Assembly: GCA_001724265.1 (NCBI GenBank)
Contig: MEDY01000286.1
Span: forward strand, 1 to 41,844
Reading direction: 5' to 3'
Source: Rhizaria sp. SCN 62-66
Taxonomy: Eukaryota
Length of the DNA stretch: 41,844 nucleotides
Below the pieces are notes generated by a model that was given only the letters and a program-made list of their open reading frames with translations, did no database searches and had not been told where the DNA came from. The first letter of the stretch is position 1; every line of letters starts with the position of its first letter. This document shows, in pieces, positions 1 to 12,850 of the stretch. Both the position numbers and the translations under genes were made by a program.

Positions 1-102
1 GCACTGGCGAAGGCCCGGTTCAAGGAGGCTGATGCCGAACACGAGGTGGCAGCGGCCAAGCTCAAAGTTGCTGATGCTGAAGTCGGCGTTTCTCTAGCCT
101 AA
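1..102 (+). CDS. 3' end of an upstream gene (partial), helical/coiled-coil-like C-terminus
   Basis: Frame 1 reads ALAKARFKEADAEHEVAAAKLKVADAEVGVSLA then TAA at 100-102, followed by an abrupt switch to AT-rich sequence. Confidence 0.7.
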   Translation, partial: ALAKARFKEADAEHEVAAAKLKVADAEVGVSLA

Positions 103-300
103 TTAACCTTCTGATAAGGTTTGGATATGTTAATGAATAAATAAATTTGAATGTGAGAATTTTAATAAAGTCCGTATGACGCCCAGTCATCGCGATCTTC
201 AAGTTGTGCAAACTTGATTGCTGCTTATGTAATCGTGTGCAATTTGTATTTCTCGTGTTGGATTTACGGTGCGTATGAACTTAGAAAAAGGCTGAACTTG

Positions 301-420
301 CTAAGAACAAAGAAGAACTGGTACAATATATATTTTAAAACGCTGGAACAAAAATACTATAACTATCATGTTTGCTTACTCAAATCAATCGAAATACTTC
401 TCACTTCTGCATTCACTCAC
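301..420 (-). other. Putative terminal intron of the coiled-coil gene (would add exon 264..300, ...NKFSLFLSSYAP-TAA)
   Basis: The apparent TGA stop lies in a consensus donor AA|GTGAGT. 120 nt AT-rich stretch ends in TTCTTCTTTGTTCTTAG. An alternative in-frame acceptor exists at 343. Confidence 0.45.
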
Positions 421-3400
421 TTCGCCTCGGCAGCAACAGCCTGGCTGTCCTTGCTCTTAACAGGCGAAAAGAGCGACGTGTGGTGTCCGCCCACGAGCGT
501 CGTCTTGGCAGTCTTAGGCGCAATTACACGGCCCGGAGACCAGTGCTGCTGCTGTTGCTCCAGGCGCTCAGCGACTGCGTAGCTCTGGTCTTGCGTCAGA
601 GGCTGGGAGCTGACAGCGAGGCCAGCACTACCGGCCGCCGCTCGCTCCGGTGACCTCGCGCGCGACTGCGAACGCGACTGTGAGCGTGACTGCGAACGCG
701 ACTGACCGTGGGACGGCGAAAGCACGCGCGTCGGCGAGAAGTTGCCACTCCGCGCACTCGCGCTCGCGCTGCCGCCGTTGTAGCCGCTGCTCTGGCCGTT
801 GTGCGAGAACGCAAGGAAAGGCCCGTCCGGCCGGAACGCCGGGTCGTTGAGCGAGCTGCCCGTGACCGGGGCACGGCCCGACAGCATGCCGTAGCTGTAC
901 GGAGGCTGAGCCTGTCGCGCTGTCGCGCCAGGAAGCCCGGACTGCAGCGGCGCCGTGCGGGGCGAGAACGACGGGTCCCACTGCCGCTGCTGCGCAGACT
1001 GCTGCGACGGGCCGCCGGCAGCAGCCACAGCGGCCGCAGCTTGCAGGGCCACGTCGTACTTGCGCTGGTCGCGGCGGTAGTCGGGATCCGCGCAGGCCGG
1101 GGGCGCGAGCGACCGCGGCAGCGACATGTGGCCCTCGCCTACGGTCATCTGCTGCTGACCGTCGCCGTAACCAACAGTGACGTTGTTGGCCGCAGCGGCG
1201 TAGTACGAGGCATCGCCGCCGTAGCTGTTGTTCAGACTGTCACGACGACCGTAGCTGTTGCTAAAGTCGTTGCCATTGCCGCTGCCGTTGCCGTTGCGGC
1301 GGCGCGGCGAGAAGGCGTCGTTGGCGGTCCCCATCGCGCTGATGCCGGCCGCGTCCGCCGCGGCGCGTGTGGCCCGGGGCGTCACCACGCTGGCGGCGCC
1401 CGAGGTGCTGACGGCGCCGGCGGCGGGGCGCGTGCGGCTGTGCGAAGCGGGCACGGCAGCGACGGGCCCGAAAGCAGACTGCGGCCGCGCGTCGGCGTTG
1501 GCCAGGTCGGCCTCGGCGGCGGCGCTGCGGCGGCGCTGCTCGGAGAGCTGGGACGCACGTGTGGGCCGCGGAGACGTCGGCGGCTGCACCGCGACCGGGC
1601 CTGGGGACGCGCAACGGGATGCAGAGCGCGATGCAGAGCGCGACGCAGAGGGGCTCATGCCAGAGCGGCCGCGGACGAGGTTAGCGTTGTTGTCGTAGAG
1701 CGCGGTGCTGCAGTTGGGCGAGATGAGGCGCTGCTGCTCCTCGTAGCACTGCTTGTGGTACTTAGAGTGCGGCTTCGGCTGCTGTGGCGGCTGATGTTGC
1801 TGCGACAAATGACTGTGAGCAGCGGCCGGGCGCGGGGCAGGGGCGGCGGTGTAGGGCGCGGCGGGCAGGCCGCTGCGGGCGGCGCCGCGCGGCGTGTGCG
1901 CGCCGGCGTTGCCGAGGCCAGCAGCGACGTTGTCGAAGGCAGTGTTGGTCGAGCGGGCAAACAGAGGGATGCTGGAAGGCTTAGCCTGCTGCTGAGTAGC
2001 GTTGTTTTTGTTGTCGGTGACGTCGTCATCGCCGAAAAGGGCTGCGTTCAGTGCGTCATCCTATGTGCTCTTGACATTGCTGCCATCGGCATTGTGCATA
2101 GTCTTGCTGTGATGTGTCTAGTATCGATCGTTGCTGTTGTCTTCGCCGCCGTGTTGCTGCGAGTGCGGGTCATAGAGTAAGTGATCGTCGTCCACAGCCT
2201 CGCCGCTGAGGGCGGCGCCGAACATCGGCGAGTGACTGTGAGCACCACGCGTACCGGAATTGCCGTCATCGCCGTCGTCCTCATCCTCGTCGGTGACTGC
2301 GCCAGAAGTCAGGCCTCCGTCAAACGCACCTTGTCCATCGTCGTCGTGTTCGGCATTCCCCCGCTGCTGCTCGCCGCGGTAGCTCTCGTAGTCGTCGTCG
2401 TCGGCGCCGTCGTCGACGACGGTGGCATTGTGGCGGCGCTGCTGCTCCGAGTCGCCGGAGTTGCGGCGACTGCTGCTCTTGCTGCTATCCGCCTAGTAGC
2501 GCGCGTCCTGTCCATGTCCCTGCTGTTGCTCGATCGCGTAGTCGGTGCTGTTGGCGAGCTCCTCAAGAGCAGCGCGCTCACGGTCGCGGAGCGCCTGCTT
2601 GGCGAGCGCCACGTCTTTGTCCGAGCCCATCACGCGGCGCCGGGAGCACTCGGAGGACTCCCCCGTCTGCTCACTATAACGGTCGATCGCACCCTCGCCG
2701 CGGCCGTTGCTGTTGCTGAACGTGTTGAGGTTGGAGAAGTCGAGGGGACGAATCAGACTGGCATACTTGCTGTCGGTGTTGTTGCCGTCACCGAGGCTGT
2801 GATCGCTATTGTCCGTGTTTGCATTGTCACTGTTGTTGATGTTATTGTAGGTTTGAGAGCCACGGCGAGAGTTTGCACGAGACGACGATGCCGCAGCTGC
2901 CTTAGAGCTGGCGTCGCCCCGCGTCACGTTTTTTGACTCGGAAGCAGAAGCGCCACCGTTGGTGACGCTGCCGGGACGGCTGTCGCTCGCGCCGTAGCCA
3001 TCGCTGTTGCCCGCATAACCGCTGTTCACACCGTAGTGGCTCGCGGCAGGACCGAACTTGGCGATGTAAGCCTCGTCGTCGTCACCCTTGCTGTGGCTGT
3101 GGCTGCCGTGGGGCGCGGGAAGAGCGCCACCGTAGTTGCCACCGGTCGCCGGCGCAGAGTAGCCAAGCATATGGTTGCCGTGACCGTTGCTCTGCTGCGC
3201 GGCTGAGGGCGCGACGCCGAGGTTGCTGTGGAGACGCGGCACCGGGTGGCGGGCGCCGCCGGGCGTGGCGGCGCTTGCCATCGCCGCAGCCTTGGCGGCC
3301 GCAACGGCCGCGGTGGCCTTGGCGTCATCGACACGGCCCAACGCGGCCGACATCTCACCGTAGCCGCCGTAGCCGACCGAGGAGCCGGCGCCGTAAAGGC

Positions 3401-6400
3401 CCACGCCGGAGGCCACGGCGGGGGCCGGGACCGGCACAGGCGCGGCCATGTCCGAGAGCACCCCGCGGCGGCGGTTGAACGGCAGACGCGCGACGTCGAC
3501 ACCCTCCTTGGCAAGCGCAGTGACGTAGGCCGCCACCTCGTCCTCGAGCTCGGCGACGCGCTCGCGCGCCGTGTCAAGCGCGGCCGCCAGCGCGCGCTTA
3601 TCCTGCAGCAGCGTGGCGACCTCGGCGCGCAGCTCGTCAGCCACGGCCTCGGCCGCCACGCAGCGCGCCTCCAGCTCGCGGGCCGCGCGCTCCCACACGG
3701 CCTCGGCCACGCTGGGGTACGGCGCCACCGACGCGCCCGTGACTGCGCCGGCGGTCGAGGCGCCGCCGTTGAAGGACGCGTTGGGGTTGAAGGCCGGGTT
3801 GGCGGCGTTGAGGCCCAGCACGCCGCCGTGCGCAAGCGACGTGTTCAAAGAGTGAGCCAGCGACGCGGCGTTAACGCCCGCGCGGTGGCCGAGCTCCTCC
3901 TGCAGCTGCGCGATGTGCGACTGCAAGAACGACGTCTTCTGGCCGGCCTCGAGCTTCGACGCCTCCAGGTCCGCCTCGAGCAGCGTGTGGCGGCGGCGGC
4001 GGCGCTCGATCTCCTGCTGCAGCCCCTGCGTATGCGCAGTCAGCTCGCTCACGCGCTGCTGTGCCTCCGCCAGAGAGGTCGCGGCGGCGCGACGTTGCGC
4101 GGCCTCGTTGTCTTTGTCAACGCGCGCGCGCTCGGCGGCCTTCTTAGCCTCGGCGGCCTCTGCGCGCGCGGTGGCGGCGTCGCGCTCGGCGGCCTCGACG
4201 CGCTCCATCGCGGCGTCGTCGGCCTTGCCGTGCTCACGCTGCGCCGCGTCGAGAGCGGCCACAGCGTCCTGGCGCGCCTTCTCGGCGGCCGCGGCGGCCT
4301 CGGCCTTGGCGGCGAGCGCGCCGTCCAGCTCGGCCACGCGCTCCTCGAGCGCCTGCTTGGCGGCGATGAGCCGCGCGTGCTGCGATTGGAACGATTCCAT
4401 CTCCGCAACCGTGGCAGCCTCACGTTCCACGGCCGCCTTGGCGCGCGTGCGCGCGTCTGTGACCGTGGCGCCGTGCGTCGCCAGCTCCTCCGCCAGCGCG
4501 CGGCGCGCGGCCTCGACCGTCGACAGCTGAGTCTTGAGCGCAAGGATCTCGGCCTCGCGCTGCGTCTTGTCCTTGGTTAAAGTAAGCCTCTCACGGTCGA
4601 GTTCCTCGGCCTGCTCCTCAAACTTGCGCTGCTTGACCTTGGCGTTGTCCACGGCGGCGCGCAGCTGCGCGGCGGCCTTGCGGATCTCGTCGCCCTCCTG
4701 CTCGAGCATCTCCTTCTTGCGGCGCATGATCCAGTCCATGTCGCCGAACGAAGCCGTCTGCTCCTGCTGCTCGCGCTGCACCATCGCCTCGAGCGAGACC
4801 ACAACCTGCTGCATCTTGTGGATGTGGTTGTCCTGCATACGCGACCGCTCCTGCAGGTTGCGCACGTGGCGCGCGAGCCGGTGTGCGAGGTCGAGCACCT
4901 CGGCGGGGTCCTGACGGTCGACGATGTGCGTGTCGGGCGGCGTCAGCAGCTCCGCGCCCGGGATCACGGTGCCCACGCCGACGCCGCCGCCAGCGCTCGT
5001 GGCCGCAGGCGTCAGCGACATGGCCTTGCGGTACGCGGCGGCCGCCAGCCCGCCCTTGGGGGCCTGGCCCGCCGTGCTGCTGTTGAGCGCCGAGGCCGAG
5101 CTCGCGTTGAGCATCAGCTGCTGCTGCTGCTGTTGGGCAAAGGTCTCGTCCGGCTGCAGCGTGGTGCCCAGCTCCTCCTCGGCGGCCTCCATGGCGGCCG
5201 CGTCGGGGTAGCCGAAGGCGCGCGCAAGTCGCGTGCGCAGCGACTGCGCGGCGGCGTCGGCGTCCTTGGCCTGCCCGCGCAGCGCAGCCAGCTCGTCCGC
5301 CTTGGCGGTGATCTCGCGCGCAAGCTTCCCGATCTCGCCGCGCGCCTCCTCCTCGCCGGCGCGCGCCGCGGCCAGCGCCTGCGCGAGCTCGCGGCCCTGT
5401 TGCTGCTCGCTCGCGCACTGTAGCAGCGCCTCGGCGAGCCGTCCGTCGAGCGCGCGCGCGCCCGCGTGCGCCTCCTCGACGCGCGCCTCGGCCTGCAGCA
5501 GCGCGTCCTGCGCCAGCGCCAGGTCGCGCTGCGAGAGCGTGAGCCCCTTGTCGAGCTCGTTCGCGCGCCGCTCCAGCCCCGCGCGCTCCTCGCGTAGAGC
5601 GGGGATCTCACGCAGCGCCGCGCGCATGGCCTCGGCCTGCGCGGCGGCCTCAGCGCGCTGCTCGCGGAGCCCCGCCACGGCGTCCCGCAGCGCCGCGGCC
5701 TCCTCGTGCGCACGTTCCACGGCCCTCACCGCAGCGTCGCGAGCAGCGGCGTCGGCTGCGGAGCGCTCCTCGGCGCGCGCGGCCGCGGCCTTGGCGGCCT
5801 TGGCGGCGTCCGTCGCGGCGGCCGCGGCCGCGGTCGCGGTCGCCGCCTCAGACTGCGCGGCAGCGGCCTCGGCGCGCGCAGCCGAGATGGCGGTGTTGGC
5901 CTCAGCGCGCGTGTTGTTGGTCTCGGCAACGGCCGCGGCAGCCGCGGCGGCCGCGGTGGCGGCGGCGCGCTGCTGGTTGGCGGCCTCCTCCTCGGCGGCC
6001 GCGCGGTCCTCGGCGGCGACAGCCGCGCGGTCCTCGGCCGCGGCGACGCGCTCAAGCAACCCGTCGATTGCAGCATCGTACTTGGCCATCACACCGTCAA
6101 ATTTGCCTTCGGTCTCGCGCCGCAGCTCCGCCAGCGCGGTGTCGGAGCGCGCGCGCGCGGCCGCGGCGTCGCTCTTGGCCGTGGCAAGCGCGTCCTCAAG
6201 CACGGAGACCTCGCGCGCGGCCAGCTCGGCGCGCGACGAGAGCTCGATGCGCTCGGCTGCGAGCTTTGCGACCTGCGCCTCGAGCATGCTCGCCGTCAGC
6301 GCGCGCTCTGCCACGGCGTCGTAGTGCAGCGCGAGTTCGTCGTACTGCGCAGCGGGGACTACGCGCACGCCCGCGTACGCGCCGCCGCTCTGCTGCTGCT

Positions 6401-8201
6401 GCATGTGAACGCTGTTGTTGTTGTTGTTCGTAGCGAAGAACGACGAGTTGAGGCCGGAGCGAGCGAAGGCGCCGCCGGTGTGCGGAGACGCCATGCCGGG
6501 GCGCGGGAACGCGCCGACGCCGCTGCTGCCCAGAGCGTGACCGCCGGCAACAGCGCCAGCGCCAGAGCCAGCAGAGGAGCGAGCGCCGAAGGGCGTGGCG
6601 GGGGGCATGCCGGCGGCGCTGGTGCCGAGGCCGAGGACGCCGGCGCGGCCGGGCCCAAAGCTCGGCGTCGTGCCGTACGCGGCGGCGCTAGAGTCCGCGA
6701 AGTGCACCGCGGACGCGGGGTCGGCGGCGGCGGAGCGCAGCGCGTCGACCGTGGCCTCGAGACTGCGCACCGTCACCTGCAGCCGCGCGGCCTCGCCCTG
6801 CGCGCGCTCGCAATCGCCGCGCAGCCGCGCCGCCTCGCCGGCGGCCTCAGCGGCGCGGCGTTCGGCGGCTAGCACGGCGTCGCGGCCGTCGCGCGCGGAC
6901 CGGACCACGCGCTCTGCGTCGGCGGTCGCGCGCGCGGCGGCGTCGCGCGCGGCGCTGAGCTCGGCCACAAGCTCGGCCTCGCGCTGCGCGGCGCGCGCAG
7001 CCGCGCGGTCGCCGTCGGCGGCCTGCTGCGCGGCGCGGGACTCGGCCAATGCAAGCCGCGAGCTCAGCTCGCCCAGCCGCGCCTCGGCGGCCGCGGCGGC
7101 GCGCGCGGAGGCGTCGGCCCGCGCCTGCGCGCCGTCGGCAACGGCGGCGAAGTGGTCGCGTTCTGTCTGCAGGCGCGCGTTGAGCGCGGCGAGCTCGCTG
7201 TTCTGGCCCTCGAGCGCCGCGCACCGGGCCTCGAGCGCGAGCGCGTTGCTGCTGTTGGAGCCAGCACTCGTGAGGGTACCGGTGACGGTGACCGTGCTGC
7301 GCGAGGGAGGGACGCGGTCGGTCAGCGCGACGCCGAAGCTGCCCGCGCCGCCGCCGTAGCCCTGGTCGACGCCGGGGTAGGCGGCAGAGGGGCGCGAAGG
7401 GGTGCGGACTGCGGAGGCGGGCCGCGGCTGCTGGGAGTAATACTGCTGCTGCTGCTGTTGCTGTTGCTGTTGTTGCTGGTGTTGCTGCAGCAAAGACAAG
7501 CGGTGGCCGCCGTAGCCCTCGCCGTCGGCCCCGGCGGCCGCAGCCGTGGGGGACACTCCGGCAGAGTGACTCGTGAAGCGTCCGCTGCTGCTGCCGCTGA
7601 AGCCCGAGGCGGACTGCTGCTGCTGCTGCTGCTGCAGCTGCTGATGTTGTGACTGGAGCTGGAGGCGCGAGAGAGGCTCGCGGCGCGGGGACGCGGGCGG
7701 GGAGTAGCGCGAGCTGGCCGCCGCGGGCGAGTGCGAGCGCGATGGCGCGTTTGACCCGGCATTCCCGCCCGCGGCAGCGTTGGCGGCCGCCAGCGCGCGG
7801 GCGACGCGCAGAGGCGTCGAGAGCGCCTGAGATGCCGCGGGTGAGTGTGGGTGTGCGCCGCCGCGGAGCCCCGGGGATGCGGTAATGAGCGCGGCAACGC
7901 CGTGCGCGGACGAGGTGTTGCGGACTGTGGAGGTGAGCGAGAGCGTCTCCTCAACTTCTTCGGCGAGGGCGGTGAGCATATCGCGCTCGACCACGTCGTC
8001 GATGTCGTCGATGTCCGAGGACGCAGCCGAGGAGCCGGGGTTCGGGTACGTAGGGTCCGTCACCGTGCCCGCGGGACCGCGGGAAGGGCTAAGGGACATG
8101 GCGGGGGCGCAGGCGAGGGCGGCGCGGGGCGCGAAATCGGCAGAGAAAAGGCGGTTAGAGCTAGAGGGACCTGCGGTTTTTGAAGCGCCTCTGTGAAACA
8201 T
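417..8201 (-). CDS. Giant coiled-coil / low-complexity protein (~2594 aa) read through three in-frame TAG codons
   Basis: ORFs 2493..8201 and 417..1808 are in the same frame. The 1809..2495 gap is open except for TAGs at 2493-2495, 2118-2120 and 2061-2063, keeps exon-like composition (D/G/N/S-rich peptide) and has no AT-rich intron. Long A/E/R/L heptad-rich segment at about 3500-7240. The 3' end may splice (AA|GTGAGT at 420). Confidence 0.8.
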
Positions 8202-8929
8202 GATAGGGATTTTTAGTTACAAAAAGGCTCAATTGTAAGATATTGGCAAAGATGGTACTTATATTTGTCATGTAGTTCGGGATTGTGCTTGTAAAAAGTG
8301 CTTGGAGGCACGAAACGAAATGAGAGCAAGTGCGGACAAAAGGGGGTGATGTCGCGCTCCGCAACATGTCCGTTGGGGGTATAATCAATATCGGCATATG
8401 ATGACATAAAAATATGTTATAGAATAACTCTGTTCTAAATACTTTTTTCAAACAAGTGCCGGAGCTACGCATCAAATTTAAAGTTCTAGACTTCTCAAAC
8501 TTCTCGTCCCAACCAGTCAGCTGCGCCGCCATCCAACGGCTCTATCCGTTTCGCGCCGCGCCGCGTGCCATCGATCATAACAGGTCATATTTCACGGATA
8601 ATAAGTATTCTAACGATATAGCTTGCATACCAGTTTTTAAGGCAGGTTTTGCGCAATATATTTTAAATTTGATACCGTTGAGCAGAGTTTTCATACAGCA
8701 AAAGGCGTTTGCAGTTAGTAAACGTCACTAGTGTCAATGACGTGTTGAGATATTGTTGGAAGAATAGTACAATGTGTTGTATCAGCATTAGAAATCTAAC
8801 AAGTCTGAATGGTTTAGATGCACATATAGACCTCATAAATAACGAATAAAGTACGTTAGCGCTCGTCATACAAGTCAAAAGTTGGAAATATACGAGTCGA
8901 TGCGTGGCGCGGAGCAAGGTACCAGAAGT

Positions 8930-11900
8930 TTACTAACACTGCTCGTCGTCATCCACAGGCCTGAACTGGCCTTTGACCGCAGTCTCCCGCACCAGCCCGT
9001 CCTTCTCCAGACTCGCCAGCGTGGCTGCAATGTCCGCGCCTGAGACAAAGCCCGTCCTCAGTGCGCGCGAGACTCCGGCGGTTAAGGCACCGCTGCTGTT
9101 GCTGTTGCTGCTGCTGTTGACAGACACGACGCCCGCGGCCGCCGCGGTGGTCTTGACCGTGGTGGCAAGCCATCCGGACATAAGAATGGGCGCGTTCAAG
9201 TGCGCGCAGACGTCTAGAGCTGTGACGCCGTGTGTCAAAGTTAAGCCGGGGCGGGACTCCAAAATGAAGCGCAGAGCTGTGAGCACGAGCAAGCTGAACT
9301 CACTGCTCACGGTCGCTGCGGCGGTGGCGGCTGCAGCAGCTGGGGGCGCAGTAGCAACAATTCTCAGATCCGGCTTCACAGAAGCTGAAGCGGTGTCGGC
9401 GCCCGCAACCTCAGCATCTCGTGAGGACGACGCGGAATGTGCACCAGTGCTGCCTCTGTTGGCGCCAGCGCTGCTGCCACTGGCGTTATTGCTGGCGACT
9501 GGCGAAGGCGCCGGAACAACAAACTGTAAGTGCGTCTCCGCGGCCGCATCAGATGCAGGCACACTACGCGACTGCGACGGCGAGCGCGATTGTTGGCGAG
9601 ACTGCGGGCGCGGGCGGGCGGGCGACTGAGTGAGGGGCTGTAGCGACGGAGGAAACGGATTATCGTCTTCATTGTCAACGTCGCCCATCGCGGTCGCAGC
9701 AGCCCTCACTGCGGTCTGTGCCTGGACCTGCTCGGCGTCTGTCATAGCAACAGCCGTCGCACCGTGCAACGCGGCGGGAGCAGCAGTCGACGCGGCAGTC
9801 TTGCTCTCATCGCACACCTCACTCACGAGTGCGGTGACAGCCGCCGTGTCTGAAGCCAATGCAGAGCTGTTCACTGCTGTTGTCGCGGTGCTCGCAGCAA
9901 AGGCGGGGGAGCGGCGCGTGATCGGCGTCGCAACATGCGGCGCGCGGTTTGTAGCAGGTTCCAGCGCGGGCACGTGGAGTGACGACGACGACGACGACGA
10001 AGTCGTGACGTCGCTTGAGCCGGCAACGATGTCGACGTCGTTGTCGTCGTTCATGGCCCCAGCAGGGCTCGCATTAGTGGCGTTGTTTGTCGCAAAGCTG
10101 CCGAGACTGACTGCAGCGCGGTGAGCCCCACTGTTGTCCGTGCCGCCGTTGGGGCGCTGACTGGTGCTGGCGCTGTGGCCACTGGGGCCACTGTGGCCAC
10201 TGGGGCCACTGGGGCCACGGGGCGTCAGGGGGATGAGCGGCGGCGCAGGGGTCGAGCCGGAGCCCACGGTCATGCGGGCGTGCGACGCAGAAACGGGGGT
10301 GCTCACAGCGCTCGCACTCGCGCTCGCGCCTGCGGGGGCCGCAGCCGTGGCGTTCGGGGCATTGGCAGAGGCACCAAAGGCTGAGTAGATCGAGTGACGA
10401 GAGCTACTGCTCGGGCCGTTACCGCCGACAACAACGCCGCCGCTGCCACTGGTGTTCTTGCCCATAGCAGCGTAAATGCTCATGCCGCGGGGCCGCTGCA
10501 TGACGCCGAACTGGAACAGCGAGCTCTGGCCTCTGCCGGCGCTGCTGGGGGAGTGGTTGTGCGCAGGAGAACTGTTGGCGGCAGCCTGGCCAGTTGTACT
10601 GCTCTGTGACGCGCTTGTATGGGCATCAGATGCGGTCGCAGCCGTGCCAGTGCTGGTCGCTGCAACGGTCAGATCTGGTGCTGCCCCGCCAGCGACATCA
10701 GCAGCGCCAGTCGCATTGGCTGCAGCGGTCGCGGCGGCAGCAGCAGGGGGCGCGGCAGCCACGCAAACCGCGCTGTCCTGGTCCTGAGTGAAGCTGACCG
10801 ACGACGGGGCCGGCGGTGCGAGCATCCGGTGCGCCTTGAGGGCCTCGTCGACGTCCGAGTCGGAGTCGGAGCTCGAATCAGAGCTAGAGCTGGATTCAGA
10901 GGCGGGGGACAAAGCCGGTGCAGCCGCAGACAAAGGATCACTCGCCGCAGCGGTGTTGTTGTGGTTGTTGCTGCTCGCACTGGCGCCGCTGCGGGTGCGG
11001 GAGCTAGCTGCAGCGTCCGCCGCAGCCGCGGTGTTATTGCTTGAGGCAGGAGAGTTGCTGCGAGTAGCGCGACGGTTGCTGTCCGCCGCAATTGCAGCAT
11101 TCGAAGGCAAATTGTTCGAGGCAGTTGCGACGTTGGCTTCGGTCTTGATGGCACGCTCTGCGCGCGGAGTCCGAGGCCTGTTGTGATTGCGCGTCCCTGC
11201 AGCGGCTCCATTGGCAGTCGCGGCGGCAGTGGGGTCTGGCTTGACGAGGGCAGCGCTATCGTCGCCGGTCCGGGTGTCAACGCTCTCATTCGCGGCACTG
11301 CTCGCGCTTGCGGCGTTGAGGCGGGTGTGGCTGCTGCCGTTGGCGTTGAACTTGACGCTGACGCTCGTGCTGATCTCGCTCGGTAGCTTCGCTTGATGCT
11401 GCGTGCACGACTGGCTTGTTTGCGGCAAAACGCGGAGACGCGACGCCACCGTGTCCGCGACCGCAAACCCGGCGCCGGCCCCGCTGATCGTGCTGCCGCC
11501 GGCGCTGTTTGGGCCAGCGTTGATGCGGGAACGCGACGAGAAGGTCGGGATGGAGCCGGGGCTGAGCGGCGTGTCGAGCAGGTCAGTGACGTACTCGGTC
11601 ACGCTGACTCCCAGCCCCGGGGTCCCTGCGCCGCGGCCGCTGTTGCTCTTGCTAGAAGTGGCCACACCAGCGTCAGTGGTGTCTGCGGCGCGTGTGGAGG
11701 ACGAGTCGGTCGCAGTCGCCGTCGAGCCTGGGCCGCGCGAAGCGACGGGGGCGCGGGCGGGTCCGTGGGGACTCTGCCCAGCAACAGCGGCGCCAGCCGT
11801 AGCGCTGGCGGAATCAGCAGCAGCTGGTGTGCCGAAGTGCGACAATGTGGAGCGAGTGCGCTTCGAGACGGGGGTGATCAGAGCGGCCGCTGCGGCGGCA

Positions 11901-12850
11901 GCGGCGGCGCTGCTGCTGGTGTACGTCTTACTGGGCACATTGCCGTTGTCGCCCACACTTGCGCTCTCGGTCGCAGTACTTGGCTTGTTTTTGTTATTCT
12001 TGCTGGCCTTTCTTTTAGCATCGTCATCGCTGTCACTGCTGCTGCTGTCGTCGCTGCTGCTGTCGCGCGCAGCCTTGCCGCCGCTGGTCCTGGTCTTGCC
12101 TGCCGCGCCCTTGCTCTTGCCGCGATCGTCGCGAGCGCTGCTCTTGCGCGCGTCGTCGTCTTCGTCGCTGCTGGGGTCGAGCGGGCACGGACCAGTCCTC
12201 TTGGACCGCTGCGACCTCCGAATCTCGCTCGGATCCTTAGCAGAAACAGCAGCAGCAGTGTTGTTGCTGCTGTTGTTGTTGTTGCTGCTGCCCGCGTTGT
12301 TCGCTGCGTTAATCAGCTCTAGCTGCTGCTTCCAGCCGAGGTTGCGCACGCTGCCGCCCGCGCCCGCAGTGACCATGTTGGCGATGAGGTTCCTCGGCGC
12401 GCGCGCGCGGTATTCGCGCTCACTCTGCGCCAGCGCCTGCTGGAGCTGCAGCTTCTGCGCCGACACCGCCGCTGCAGCAGCAGCACCAAACCCGCCTGCG
12501 GCTGCCGCCGGCGCGGCTGCTGTGGAGGCCGGCGCGGCCGAGCGGTGGACGTCGCGGACGACGATGGTTGCGTTGCGCGCCTGGCGCTGCTCGCGGCGTT
12601 GCTGCAGCCCGCTCAGGTATGCCTCGTCGTCGTCGTCGTCGTCGCCGTCATAGAAGCGCGAGCGCCGCGACGCCGCGGGGCCGCGGTACAAAAATGCGGA
12701 TCTCGCTGCGGAGAAGGAGCCGTGGCCGGAGTGGGGGACGGGAACGTCGAAATGCAGGGCGGCGGCAGGGAGAACCGAGGGCGCGGCGCCAGCGTTCGTG
12801 GCCATCGTTCGGTTCCGCTGGATAGCGATGTCCTTGGCGCGGCGAGCCAT
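8930..12850 (-). CDS. Ser/Ala/Thr-rich, largely disordered protein (~1306 aa) with a possible C-terminal winged-helix domain; ends TGT-TAG-TAA
   Basis: Single 3.9 kb GC-rich ORF bounded by AT-rich DNA. The TAG at 8933-8935 is immediately followed by TAA at 8930-8932. C-terminus GVTALDVCAHL...ADIAATLASLEKDGLVRETAVKGQFRPV has a winged-helix-like pattern (by eye). Confidence 0.8.
10175..10222 (-). repeat. Coding 9-bp tandem repeat (GPS/GHS tripeptides)
   Basis: Units of gccactggg/gccactgtg on the + strand encode GPSGPSGHSGPSGHS. Confidence 0.8.

Noticed and set aside
8549-8557. E2F-like TTTCGCGCC site (similar at about 41208)
   Set aside because: Short motif expected by chance. The second copy lies between convergent gene ends, and no clean copy was seen upstream of the Cdt1-like gene.
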